DNA from: Pachysolen tannophilus NRRL Y-2460
Taxonomy: Eukaryota
DNA: 28,683 bases
NCBI GenBank assembly: GCA_001661245.1
Contig: KV454012.1
Coordinates: forward strand, 186,001-214,683
Reading direction: 5' to 3'
Shown: piece after piece, positions 10,518 to 20,340 of the stretch
Numbering within the stretch: position 1 is the stretch's first letter
Layout of the letters: each line of letters begins with the position of its first letter
Program-made: the position numbers and the translations under genes
Notes under the pieces: model-generated
Seen by the model: only the letters and a program-made list of their open reading frames with translations
Database searches by the model: none
Told to the model about the DNA's origin: nothing

Positions 10518-11780
10518 ATGTCAGGAAGTGCGTTTTCTTTAGAACATATTTCGCTTTTACCAGCAGATCCACTTTTTGGACTTAATGCTCGTTATAATGC
10601 AGATAAAAGATCTCCCAAAGTTTCGTTAGGTATTGGTGCTTATAGAGATAGTAATGGTAAACCTTGGATTCTTCCTTCTGTGAAAAAAGCAGAAGAACTT
10701 TTAGTTAAGGATCCTAGTTATAATCATGAGTATTTGCCAATTTCTGGGCTTCTGGAATTCACCCAGGCTGCTGCTAAAGTTATTTTAGGAAATGACTCAA
10801 TTGCTATAAAAGAGAAAAGAGTTCTTTCTATTCAATCATTATCAGGTACAGGAGCATTACATTTTGCTGGAATTTTCCTCAAGAAGTTTTACAAAAATAC
10901 AAAAGAAACTGATGGGATTCCAACTGTATATGTTTCTTCACCAACTTGGGGGAACCATTTTCAAATTTTTCAAAGTGCAGGATTGAAAACTGCAACATAT
11001 CCATATTGGAATAACGATACAAAAAAAATTGATTTGAAAGGGTTTATTAATACAATCAATGATGCTCCTAAAGGTTCTATTTTCTTGTTACATGCTTGTG
11101 CGCATAATCCTACAGGTTTGGATCCAACTCATGAACAATGGTTGCAAATTTTAGAAGCAATTAAAGTCAATGGACATTTTTCTTTATTTGATTCTGCATA
11201 CCAAGGTTTCACCTCTGGATCTTTAGAAGAAGATGCTTGGGCTGTAAGGAAAGCTGTTGAATTAAAATTGCCATTACTTATATGTCAATCATTTGCTAAA
11301 AATTGTGGAATGTATGGTGAAAGAGTTGGTTGTGTTCATATTGTATTAACAGAAATTTCTGAAGACTTAAATGCTGCCATCTTATCACAATTGAATAGAA
11401 TCATTCGGTCAGAAATATCAAATCCTCCTGCATACGGTGCTAAAGTTGTCTCCAAGATTTTAAACAATCCTGAATTAAGATCACAATGGGAACAAGATTT
11501 GAAAACTATGTCTACAAGAATCATCAAGATGAGATATGCTTTAAGAGATGAATTGGTCGCCTTGAAAACACCAGGTAATTGGGATCACATAGTTAATCAG
11601 CAAGGTATGTTCTCCTTTACAGCTTTATCTGCTGAAGAAGTCAAGAGATTAGAAGAGAAACATGCTGTTTATTTAGTAGGTACTGGAAGAGCTTCTATTG
11701 CTGGATTAAACGAGCATAATGTCAAATTCGTTGCTGAGGCAATTCACGAAGTTGTTTGTCACTCTAACAGTAAATTATAA
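10518..11780 (+). CDS. AAT2: Aspartate aminotransferase, cytosolic/peroxisomal, 420 aa
   Basis: First ATG at 10518 (MSGSAF). Motifs LGIGAYRD, QSLSGTGAL, HACAHNPTGLD, DSAYQGF, PLP-lysine QSFAKNCGMYGERVG. C-terminal SKL (PTS1); no mitochondrial presequence. Confidence 0.95.
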   Translation: MSGSAFSLEHISLLPADPLFGLNARYNADKRSPKVSLGIGAYRDSNGKPWILPSVKKAEELLVKDPSYNHEYLPISGLLEFTQAAAKVILGNDSIAIKEKRVLSIQSLSGTGALHFAGIFLKKFYKNTKETDGIPTVYVSSPTWGNHFQIFQSAGLKTATYPYWNNDTKKIDLKGFINTINDAPKGSIFLLHACAHNPTGLDPTHEQWLQILEAIKVNGHFSLFDSAYQGFTSGSLEEDAWAVRKAVELKLPLLICQSFAKNCGMYGERVGCVHIVLTEISEDLNAAILSQLNRIIRSEISNPPAYGAKVVSKILNNPELRSQWEQDLKTMSTRIIKMRYALRDELVALKTPGNWDHIVNQQGMFSFTALSAEEVKRLEEKHAVYLVGTGRASIAGLNEHNVKFVAEAIHEVVCHSNSKL

Positions 11781-11798
11781 GGATAATATTCACTCTTC

Positions 11799-11871
11799 TT
11801 GTTGTCGCTATCGTCGTCGCTGTTGCTATCCTCGTTGCTGTCGTCGTTGTCGTTGTCGTTGTCGTGGTTGT
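11799..11871. repeat. Degenerate (TGT/CGT)n microsatellite in the AAT2 3' region
   Basis: tgttgtcgctatcgtcgtcgctgttgc...cgttgtcgttgtcgttgtcgtggttgt. Confidence 0.7.
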
Positions 11872-12184
11872 CTCTTTAAAAGGTTTTGGTTGGAAAAGAG
11901 CAAAAGGTCGTGTGATCTCTGATAAAATGATCTTTGATGATTGAACTGATAACAGAACAATCCATATATATAGTTAATATAATATAATATTTTATATTTT
12001 ATATATATATATATATATAAGGATCTACTTTTTAGTATATTGATTATTGTTGGCCTTTTGTTAGATTAGTTGTAGTTGTTGTGATCAAATTTCCAAAGAA
12101 TTGAAAAAATTGTATTAGCTGGTATTTAGGTTTTTTTTTTTTTTTTTTTTTTATTTTGTTTGATCAGTAATAATCATATATAAG

Positions 12185-13621
12185 ATGCTGTTTAAAAAAT
12201 CGCAGTATTCATTTAAAGAATGGTTTGAACTTCTCAAAAAGCAATCTTCTTATAGTGATGAGGAACATCTTAATAACTGTGATGATGATGGATCAAATAA
12301 AAAATTGACCAGGGAAATTCATAATAGATTGAAATTGAATTTATTAATTTTAAATTGGTTAATAAATGAGTGTTATGAAAATGCAGTTGAGAATTTTAGT
12401 AAAGAAATCGGATTAGACTTGAGCGATTATTCAAGAGATAAAAAATTTGATGAGGAAAATAATGATGGTAATACCGATTTGAAAGATATTGAAATGGTTG
12501 ATTATAAAGGAACTAAGATTTCCAATAAAAATAAAGTTTCGAGTATTGCTACTTCTGCTTTTGAAGAAGTAGGAAATGAAGAAGAAGAAGCGGATGATGA
12601 TGATGATTCATTTTTTTCATTGGATCATTCTGTCAGTAGTACTGTTCAATCATCAAATAAATCGATTCCTATCATTGATCCAAATTTAAATAAATTTGTT
12701 GATAAAAATGTCTTGGATAAATTATTTATTGGATTAGAAACCATTAAATCAAGAAATCAAATAAAGTTGAGTATTTTAAGTGGTAATATTGAAAAAACAA
12801 TTGATTTAATAAATTTAAAGTTTCCAACATTATTTGATAAAAATCAATTTATTTATTTCAAATTATTACATTTAAATTTAATTGAAATAATTAGGTTACA
12901 AGTTTTGAAAAAATCTAAAGCAATTAATTTAAGTAAAGATGAATTAGAAAAAGATGAAAAGATTTTTTTAAATAAAGTTTTGTCATTTATTAAAGAAAAA
13001 TTATCAAATGTTAGAATGTTATCTAGTAAACCTTTTTTGAAAGATTTAGAATTGACGATGGCGTTGTTATGTTATACAGATGAATTCGCCAAGATAATGT
13101 CAAAATCAAACGATATATCTTCTTCTTCTTCTTCTTCATCATCATCGGTAAAGATACCATCAAAATTGAAGAAATTATTTGATTTGAGATTGAGAAGACA
13201 TGTTGCAAATTTGGTAAATAGGGCAATACTTTTAAATATCACCAATGGAGATGATATTAATTTAGTAAAATATGGTAATCATAATATTAACGGGAAAAGG
13301 AAAAATCCATTAGCATTTGCTTCAAATGAAGAGGAAATTGAAAACAAGAAGGACAATAATAGTAATGAAACAAATGCTACTGCTGATAATGACGATAATG
13401 GCACTGGCAATGATGACATGGGTGACGATGAAGAAGAAAGTAACGATAGTAATGATGATGGTCTGTGCGACGATAACATCGATTCATTGATCCAGCGGTA
13501 TGATGATCGGGATGAAAATGTGACACTTGAATCGTTGATAAAATTATGGATTTGGGGAGAAAATAAATTGGGCAAATACGATGTCAAGTTTCCTGGGTTG
13601 GATTTAAGTGATTTAAACTAA
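12185..13621 (+). CDS. GID8: GID/CTLH ubiquitin-ligase complex subunit Gid8 (LisH-CTLH), 478 aa
   Basis: LisH LNLLILNWLINECYENAVENFSKEIG; CTLH RNQIKLSILSGNIEKTIDLIN...KLLHLNLIEIIR; CRA-like LELTMALLCY...VANLVNRAIL. Convergent with ERG29, as in S. cerevisiae. Confidence 0.85.
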   Translation: MLFKKSQYSFKEWFELLKKQSSYSDEEHLNNCDDDGSNKKLTREIHNRLKLNLLILNWLINECYENAVENFSKEIGLDLSDYSRDKKFDEENNDGNTDLKDIEMVDYKGTKISNKNKVSSIATSAFEEVGNEEEEADDDDDSFFSLDHSVSSTVQSSNKSIPIIDPNLNKFVDKNVLDKLFIGLETIKSRNQIKLSILSGNIEKTIDLINLKFPTLFDKNQFIYFKLLHLNLIEIIRLQVLKKSKAINLSKDELEKDEKIFLNKVLSFIKEKLSNVRMLSSKPFLKDLELTMALLCYTDEFAKIMSKSNDISSSSSSSSSSVKIPSKLKKLFDLRLRRHVANLVNRAILLNITNGDDINLVKYGNHNINGKRKNPLAFASNEEEIENKKDNNSNETNATADNDDNGTGNDDMGDDEEESNDSNDDGLCDDNIDSLIQRYDDRDENVTLESLIKLWIWGENKLGKYDVKFPGLDLSDLN

Positions 13622-13694
13622 TGTATATTTTTTTTCTATATATGTCTTCAAGAATATAGAATTGCTTTTCTTTAGTTTTTTTTTTCTTTTTTCT

Positions 13695-14363
13695 CTAAAT
13701 ATCTATAAAGCAATCGATTCCATGACCCGTTTCTACGCCTAATAAGCATAAAAACTCATCATCATTTAACAATTCTTTTTTCTTATGAAACAACCTAATA
13801 TTGTTTACATCTATCTTTCCAAATTCTGGATTATCGTTTAAATTTTGTTTTAAAAAATTGGAATTGATAAATAATTCCAAAACTTTATTTCTTAAAAATT
13901 TTAAAGTTGTACCATATTCAGGATTTCTTGGATCATAATCTGTAGGTCCAAATTCTATATGATAATTTAACGTTTTCTTCAATAAAAGTTTCCCATTTTC
14001 AGTTTTCTTATCATAAAATTTAATTGGATCATCTTTCTTTGAATTTTTTCCATTTTGGAAAATATTTAAGGAAACATATAAATGTGCACAATGAACTGGA
14101 GTATCAATAAATATACCATGACCAATTTCGTATAACACACCAAGTTTAATTAACAATGCGTGGACCAAAATGAAAATTAAACAATAGAGCAAAGATATAG
14201 TAATAAACCTAGATGCCGGATGACTGATTAAACTTTTTGTTAAACTCGTATAATTTAGTAATATCAAAAGATTATGATTTAAAATCGTAAATGGAATTAA
14301 TAACTTTTTAGCAAAACCTATAGTCTCCTGCAATACAAATTGATCCATCATAATCGTTACCAT
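13695..14363 (-). CDS. ERG29: Erg29-like ER membrane protein (ergosterol biosynthesis, Erg25 partner), 222 aa
   Basis: One N-terminal TM segment. LNYHIEFGPTDYDPRNPEYGTTLKFLR and DDEFLCLLGVETGHGIDC resemble remembered YMR134W motifs (FHVEFSPEDY..PEFGTTLRVLR; DDVQLCFLKIDTG). Adjacent to GID8. Confidence 0.8.
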   Translation of the reverse strand: MVTIMMDQFVLQETIGFAKKLLIPFTILNHNLLILLNYTSLTKSLISHPASRFITISLLYCLIFILVHALLIKLGVLYEIGHGIFIDTPVHCAHLYVSLNIFQNGKNSKKDDPIKFYDKKTENGKLLLKKTLNYHIEFGPTDYDPRNPEYGTTLKFLRNKVLELFINSNFLKQNLNDNPEFGKIDVNNIRLFHKKKELLNDDEFLCLLGVETGHGIDCFIDI

Positions 14364-14641
14364 ATATATTCCCTGTAACCAAACAAAAAAAAAAGTGTAA
14401 AAAAAAAACCCCTTTGTAGCAAATTTTAACCGTAACCCTCAGTCAATATATTAGTTGTATATGCTTTCTTTGTCTAATTGAATTGAAAATTGAAAACAGA
14501 AATCATCAAATTAAATATTTACATTTCCATTTCCATTTTCAGCTTCATCAAGACCTTTTCGGGGTATTATTCAATTTTAAGATCCTACACCATTTCCTGC
14601 TTAAAAAAAAAAGTTTTTTGAAAATGACGTGAGAAAATGGT

Positions 14642-14672
<31 letters not shown>

Positions 14673-14900
14673 TCAGCTTTTGTTCGCGCATACGCGTTTG
14701 CCTTGAGTGCTCGCGCTGAGTTCTCTCTCAAATTGTTTCGGGCCCAGTGTCCGCTTGGTGTCCGCTTGGTGTCCTTTTAATGCCCGCCGGCCCTATACTC
14801 GAAAAAGAACGGTTACTCCTCCTCTAAAAAGCTCATCGTCTCCTCTTTCCAACCTCATCTCTTTTCTCTCTCTGCAGAAACTTTTTTCAACTCCTCTTGA

Positions 14901-14951
14901 CCCCCTCGCTACCCCTCATCCCCTCCCTACCCTCCTTTACTCCCTACCCCC
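14901..14951 (-). other. G-quadruplex-forming motif (minus strand) / STRE cluster
   Basis: Seven C3-5 runs on the plus strand (14901-05, 14912-15, 14920-23, 14925-27, 14930-32, 14942-44, 14947-51); three CCCCT STRE cores. Confidence 0.55.
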
Positions 14952-15390
14952 GGTCACCTGCTTCTAAATAATCAATAGTCATCAATTGTCTTGGTATTAT
15001 TTAAAATTTTATTGTCATTGGCTACATTAAAAACACAATACTCATTGCTAAGACAAAGAAACTATTAGACTAATGCTGCTCTAATATGCCGTTGAGAACA
15101 TTTGAGCATATTTAGCTAAAAAAGCTCGTGGATTCCCTTTTAGGATAAGTAATTGAAAAAAAAAAAATGAAAAAAAAAAATTTTCACTAGCAATAGTAGT
15201 AGCAGTAGTAGTAGTACAGTACTAAATAAAAATTCACATGCTAATAATTATTTAAACGATAATACACAAATGACACCATACTTTTGGTTTTTATCTTGAA
15301 TCTGTCTGGTCTAAATTATATCGCGAACTAACTAAGCAATGTCTCAATTGTAATTGAACGAAATTGTATGTATCTACACGGACCTGGTTT

Positions 15391-15441
15391 GGCTTGGCTT
15401 GGCTTGTATCTTGGGCTTGTATCTTGGGCTTGTATCTTGGC
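15391..15441. repeat. Tandem repeat (GGCTT)2 + (GGCTTGTATCTTG)3 carrying five CCAAG cores
   Basis: 13-bp units at 15401-15413, 15414-15426 and 15427-15439. Confidence 0.85.
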
Positions 15442-15916
15442 TAAGAGAATTCCAATTTATAGTGCGTAAAGTGTGAAGGTGAGGGTGAATATTTCAATTT
15501 TTCCAAGAGTTTTTAATTTTTATTGTAAATTGGCTCATTTACTTCAAATGAGAAATCAATATGCACTACAACAATATGGTGATTAAGAAGGACATCGGTA
15601 AAAGAAAACAACGCGCAAGAAAAAACAGAAAGAAAGAGAGAAAAGAAAAAAAAAAAAAAAAAGAAACTTTTTTTCGTTTCTTCCGTACTGACTTGGTCAC
15701 TTTTCCAGGCGTTAACTGCACTATACAGTCTTCTTTTCGCTTTTGGCTGCATTAAAAATCTGTACGCGATATAGATCTGATTTAGTTTGAATATTTCACT
15801 AACTGATTAAACGGAAATTATATAAAAGTCATAAACTATTCCCCCTAAAAATCTTTTTAAAGCTCATTTCCAAACTAAAAAAATAGCCATAATTCATCGT
15901 CAATAAAAAAAAAGAA

Positions 15917-16504
15917 ATGAAGTTCACTAGATCATTGATAACATTTGTTGCATTTACTAGGGTATTAAATAAATCTCAAGTTGGTTTTGCTGAAGCTTTC
16001 GCTAATAATGTACAAAAAAATGTGGGGGAAATTTTTTCAAATATAGATTCCATACCAGATATGATAATGATGATTCCACCAGTTTTAAAACAGATTGTAT
16101 ACCAGAAAGAAGAACAGTCTTTACTGGTAAATTCATTTGCTTCTTCATTTGCTTCTTCAATACAACTGGATGTGGCTTCTACCGGTTCACCAATTTACAA
16201 TTATCATTCATACCCACCTTCACAGATTAGTGATGTTATTATTTCCAACACTCCGACTGCCGCTTCCTCTGCTTCAAATTCTGCTTCAAACATAAATACT
16301 ATAACTTCTGGTCCAAGAAGTAGTATACAAACTAGTGGAATAGGTTTCAGCAGTAGTAAGTTGATATCTTCTAGCAGTAGTAGCACAAATACTATTGTCA
16401 AAACAGCTATGGATAAAGCTCTGGTGATTAATGTAGATGGTTTACTATTAGTTCCATTAGCTGTCACTAGTGCCTTGATTATGGCTGGAAGCATATTAGC
16501 ATAA
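15917..16504 (+). CDS. Putative secreted, Ser/Thr-rich GPI-anchored cell-wall protein (possibly distant Srp1/Tip1-like), 195 aa
   Basis: N-terminal MKF signal-like peptide, S/T-rich middle, hydrophobic C-terminus (GLLLVPLAVTSALIMAGSILA). TATATAAA at about 15818 and A-rich start context. Confidence 0.7.
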   Translation: MKFTRSLITFVAFTRVLNKSQVGFAEAFANNVQKNVGEIFSNIDSIPDMIMMIPPVLKQIVYQKEEQSLLVNSFASSFASSIQLDVASTGSPIYNYHSYPPSQISDVIISNTPTAASSASNSASNINTITSGPRSSIQTSGIGFSSSKLISSSSSSTNTIVKTAMDKALVINVDGLLLVPLAVTSALIMAGSILA

Positions 16505-16861
16505 TAATTCAACTCGCAAAATAAAAATAAAAATAAAAAAAAAAAAGTTTAGTTTGGAGTACGGATACTAGGAAAATATAAGCATATATATAGATTTTTA
16601 AATACCAATAAAAACATATTTTCATTTACTATTTATATTAATTAACTATATTGTGCGAATTAGTTATTAAGAGTGGATCTTGGATGATATCCCGTAGATA
16701 AAAAAAAATAGGTATAAAAATTGTACACTCATTAAAGGAATAAAGAAAAAAAAGAATTAATTAAGAAATACTCAAATGTAATAATATTACTACTCATTAG
16801 TTTTGAAACAATAAATAAAAAAAAATTAATAAACACACACACACGTATTAATTTATTGTTT

Positions 16862-17821
16862 TTAAACACTGATTGGCTCTGAAACTGGAGTCTCTGTTAC
16901 TGGTGAGGTTGCATCCTGTGGGGTATTTTCACCAACGGTACGGCCAGAATGAACAGATGAATGGTAACTAAGATCTTTTGGTAAGACTTCTTTTTCAACA
17001 ATATTGGTTGGAAGAACTAAAGAAACATCTTCATCATCCTTTTTAACTAAAACAGTATGAACTAATGGAATAAATCCAAACAATACTACATCCAATATAC
17101 CGTAGAAGACAGCCTCTGAATCTGGTTGAATTACGTTACCACCTTCACAAAGACCCCATGAAACAAGATAACCAATCCAAACAACACCGGAGAATAATGT
17201 AAGAAATATTGTCCTAGCTGGAGCATCTGTAATCATAATTTGTCTATGACAAATTATACCAATACACAGGAAAGCTGCAGTTACTGCAAAGACAAAATAA
17301 CCCCATTTATAAGTCGATTTGATAAGTGCACCAATCAACAAAGCTAAGATAAATATTTCAGAAAGTAAAATTTGTGTAAAAAAATTTCCTAAAAATGAAA
17401 GATCAATTTGAATAGGAGAAGTATGAGAAACAGATTCAAATGTGAACAAAAGACTTGGCCAAGCTAAAAACCAACCAATGTATCTGGCATAGAAGATTTG
17501 TCTCTTACCTGGTGTCTCTGAAGAGTCACTAACTTTATCATTGTTAAATTCAGCTTGGATTCCTGTCCAACCCAAATCTGAAGCCAATGCAAAATAAGTA
17601 TAAAACAACGCAAGAGTGGCTAATAATGGAGCAAAATGCAATATTTTCTTCTTTTGCCATAATGGAGCAGTCAAATGAAATAAGACGAAGAATCCGAACA
17701 AAGAAAATGCTGCCCATAACCATGAACTACCATGAGATGTCAAATGAATATCAACACCAGTTGGTTCGTTAATAGAAACAGCTTGATTACCAGCTTTAAT
17801 AACACCGCTTATTGAAGACAT
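16862..17821 (-). CDS. Opsin-related 7-TM protein, Hsp30/Yro2/Mrh1 family, paralog 1, 319 aa
   Basis: GNQAVSIN..HLTSHGSSWLWAAF, LASDLGW, RQIFYARYIGWFLAWP, YKWGYF, WGLCEGGNVIQPDSEAVFYGILD. Confidence 0.9.
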   Translation of the reverse strand: MSSISGVIKAGNQAVSINEPTGVDIHLTSHGSSWLWAAFSLFGFFVLFHLTAPLWQKKKILHFAPLLATLALFYTYFALASDLGWTGIQAEFNNDKVSDSSETPGKRQIFYARYIGWFLAWPSLLFTFESVSHTSPIQIDLSFLGNFFTQILLSEIFILALLIGALIKSTYKWGYFVFAVTAAFLCIGIICHRQIMITDAPARTIFLTLFSGVVWIGYLVSWGLCEGGNVIQPDSEAVFYGILDVVLFGFIPLVHTVLVKKDDEDVSLVLPTNIVEKEVLPKDLSYHSSVHSGRTVGENTPQDATSPVTETPVSEPISV

Positions 17822-18963
17822 TTTATCAATATACTAATTATGTTTTACTAAACTTCTTTAAGAATAATTTAGTGAAAAAATATTAATTATAATAACTTAT
17901 AAAATGAAAAATTAAGAGAAATTTACGAGGTTTAAGTATCATTTCCAAGAGGTACTTAACTTTATAATCATGCTTTCCAGGAATCGAAAGAGTTCTGCTA
18001 AGTTAAGAATCTAAATTGCCGAACACAGTTTAAAAGAATAAAAATGAAAGAAAAAAGAAATAAGAAAATAAAAAAAAAAAAAAAAAAAAAAAAAAAATAA
18101 CGGATTAAGCGGTGTTCTGTATTCCATATAATAATGATAATGTTTGTATGTAATGACATGGACGGAACAAGGTAAAGGTCAACAAAAACACTTAGTTTAC
18201 CAAGTTAGGATAAAATCACTTGATTTACAGCTTATTTTGTTGTAAAATTGTAAGCATAATTAAATGTGAAATTGATGATCATTCCGGCAAAGGACGCAAA
18301 TTTTTATAAAACTTACTTTCTAGTTTTTTCTATTTTATTTCTCATGTCGCTATTTTTTAGTCCATATAGTCATTTCAAAGACTAACATATTTCTATAGTT
18401 TTCTTGTTTATGACGTAGAATATCTCTGACTAATGAATCCATTATTCCACCACATTCCGAATCTCTTTATTGGACAATTATTTTTACTTTTATCTATCTA
18501 TCACGACCAGTACAGTTTTACAATCTTACTAATTATTACATTTCCTCGATGCAAAAAAAATAATGGGAAGTGTAGTTTACAAGGATTCTTTTGAAAAAAA
18601 ATTGCACCCAAAGCTGTAATGGGTTTAATAATAATACTTAATCCATGGCCTGAAATAAACTGAAGGATTGTGCTGTGAAGGATGAATTATTACGTTTCTA
18701 TCTCATCATATGGTTTTTAAAACGCATCGGCCGGAAATCCCGTATAGTTAAATTACTTGCATGTAAGATCTATAATTTTCCTTTTTGGGAAACACTTACT
18801 TGCATCTGTAGGATATGGTAAATAATCGAAGCGCAAAATCATCACCTTTATAGAATACTATTATCTTGATAATTTGATAAATTGTTAATTTTTCAGTTAT
18901 TATTGAGGATCTTCGTTTATAAATTGAAAATTGATATTCCAAATTGTAGTAAGGTAGTTTTGC

Positions 18964-19017
18964 AGCCTTACTCTTCAAGCCTTACACATTTGAGCCTTAC
19001 ACATTTGAGCCTTACAC
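18964..19017. repeat. 15-bp tandem repeat AGCCTTACACATTTG
   Basis: Full units at 18978-18992 and 18993-19007, partial unit at 19008-19017, degenerate unit from 18964. Confidence 0.85.
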
Positions 19018-19410
19018 TGTATAATGTTTAAAAAGAAAGAAAGAAATTTAAAACCCATATTTCATGTATTCCATTCTCTGATACTCATTCAGTCTACAAA
19101 TTCATTTTATCTATAGTAAAATTAGTTATTAAATATATATATACTCATATCAAATTGATTAATTGAATTCTCAAAAAAAAAAGAATATTCAAATGGTGAA
19201 CAAAGTAAAATAAAAAAAAAGATTAAAACTTGTCACCAAAATATTTTTAACTCATAATTAATTAATTATTAAAAAGGTAAAAAAAAAAAAATTACTGTTC
19301 CTTAAAACAACGTTCACACATTATATCATGAAAAAAAAGCACTTAAAACATTAAATTGACAAAATAAAAAAGCTCACTCAAAATAACAGTGAAGATGCTA
19401 ATTCGTTTGT

Positions 19411-20340
19411 TTAAACTTGTTCAGCAACTTCATTACCGTCTTGGGTTTCCAGTTGAACTGCAGTTTCACCTGATTGTCTTGCTGCAGGAGCTTCTTCTTT
19501 CTTACCTTCTGGAGCTTCAGATGCAGCTTCTGGGTAAGTCAATTGATCATCTGTCTTTTCATTTAAAAACGATAAAGCTAATGGAACAAAACCAAATAAT
19601 AAGACATCCAAGACACCGTAGAAAGCAGCTTCTGAATCAACTTGGATGACATTACCACCTTCTGATAAACCCCAACAGATAGGATATAAGATCCATAACA
19701 ATGTGATAAAACTGAAAACAAGAACGTATTTAATTGGGGTTTTCAATTCAACCAAGAATCTATTGAAAATGATACCAATAGCAAATAATTGAGCAGCAAC
19801 TGCAAAAGTAAAGTAACCCCATTTATAAGTGGATTTGATTAAAATACCAATCAATAGACCTAAAACATAAATCTCAGTAGAACCAATTTCTAAGGCCAAT
19901 GATGATAAGGTCTTTAAATTATATTCCAAGTTACCCTGGTGAGCAACCAATTCTAAAGCATATAAAACACCAGGCCATGATAAGAACCAACCAATATATC
20001 TTGCATAGAATACTTGTCTAATACCTGGGGTTTCGGATTGATCTGAAGTAGTTACATGGTTAAATTCAGCTTCAATAGCTGTCCAACCTAAATTCGAAGC
20101 CATTGTGAAATAAACGTAAAACATAACAGAAGAGGCAATCAAAGGACCAACATGACTTAACTTCTTGGTCTTTCTAATTGGGAACATCACAGCATGATAT
20201 AATGCCAAGACACCAAAGACAGAGAAAGCAGCCCAGTACCAATCGGAACCGTGGCTTGTTAATCTGAAATCAACATCGGTGGCAGGATTAATGCTAACCG
20301 CTTGGTTACTCTTTTGAACTAATTCTGAAATAGCGACCAT
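19411..20340 (-). CDS. HSP30: Opsin-related 7-TM protein, Hsp30/Yro2/Mrh1 family, paralog 2, 309 aa
   Basis: NQAVSINP..LTSHGSDWYWAAF, MASNLGW, RQVFYARYIGWFLSWP, YKWGYF, LYPICWGLSEGGNVIQVDSEAAFYGVLD. Which family member it is orthologous to is uncertain. Confidence 0.85.
   Translation of the reverse strand: MVAISELVQKSNQAVSINPATDVDFRLTSHGSDWYWAAFSVFGVLALYHAVMFPIRKTKKLSHVGPLIASSVMFYVYFTMASNLGWTAIEAEFNHVTTSDQSETPGIRQVFYARYIGWFLSWPGVLYALELVAHQGNLEYNLKTLSSLALEIGSTEIYVLGLLIGILIKSTYKWGYFTFAVAAQLFAIGIIFNRFLVELKTPIKYVLVFSFITLLWILYPICWGLSEGGNVIQVDSEAAFYGVLDVLLFGFVPLALSFLNEKTDDQLTYPEAASEAPEGKKEEAPAARQSGETAVQLETQDGNEVAEQV

Noticed and set aside
11719..11922. Cys/Arg-rich 67-aa ORF resembling a metallothionein or protamine
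   Set aside because: Overlaps the AAT2 end in another frame and is the translation of a TGT/CGT microsatellite.
14707..14967. 86-aa ORF in the GC-rich island
   Set aside because: GTG start, and the Pro/Leu/Ser bias is explained by the pyrimidine tract; no recognisable domain.
15513..15755. Short Lys-rich and Phe-rich ORFs
   Set aside because: Products of poly-A/T tracts; the same applies to 3159-3353 and 24727-24973.
18964..19017. Short repeat arrays as CRISPR, telomeric or transposon ends
   Set aside because: Eukaryotic context, no spacers, few copies, and no transposase, LTR or target-site duplication seen. No tRNA or rRNA gene was recognised in the window.
16862..20340. Light-driven rhodopsins
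   Set aside because: The helix-7 Schiff-base lysine is absent in both copies.
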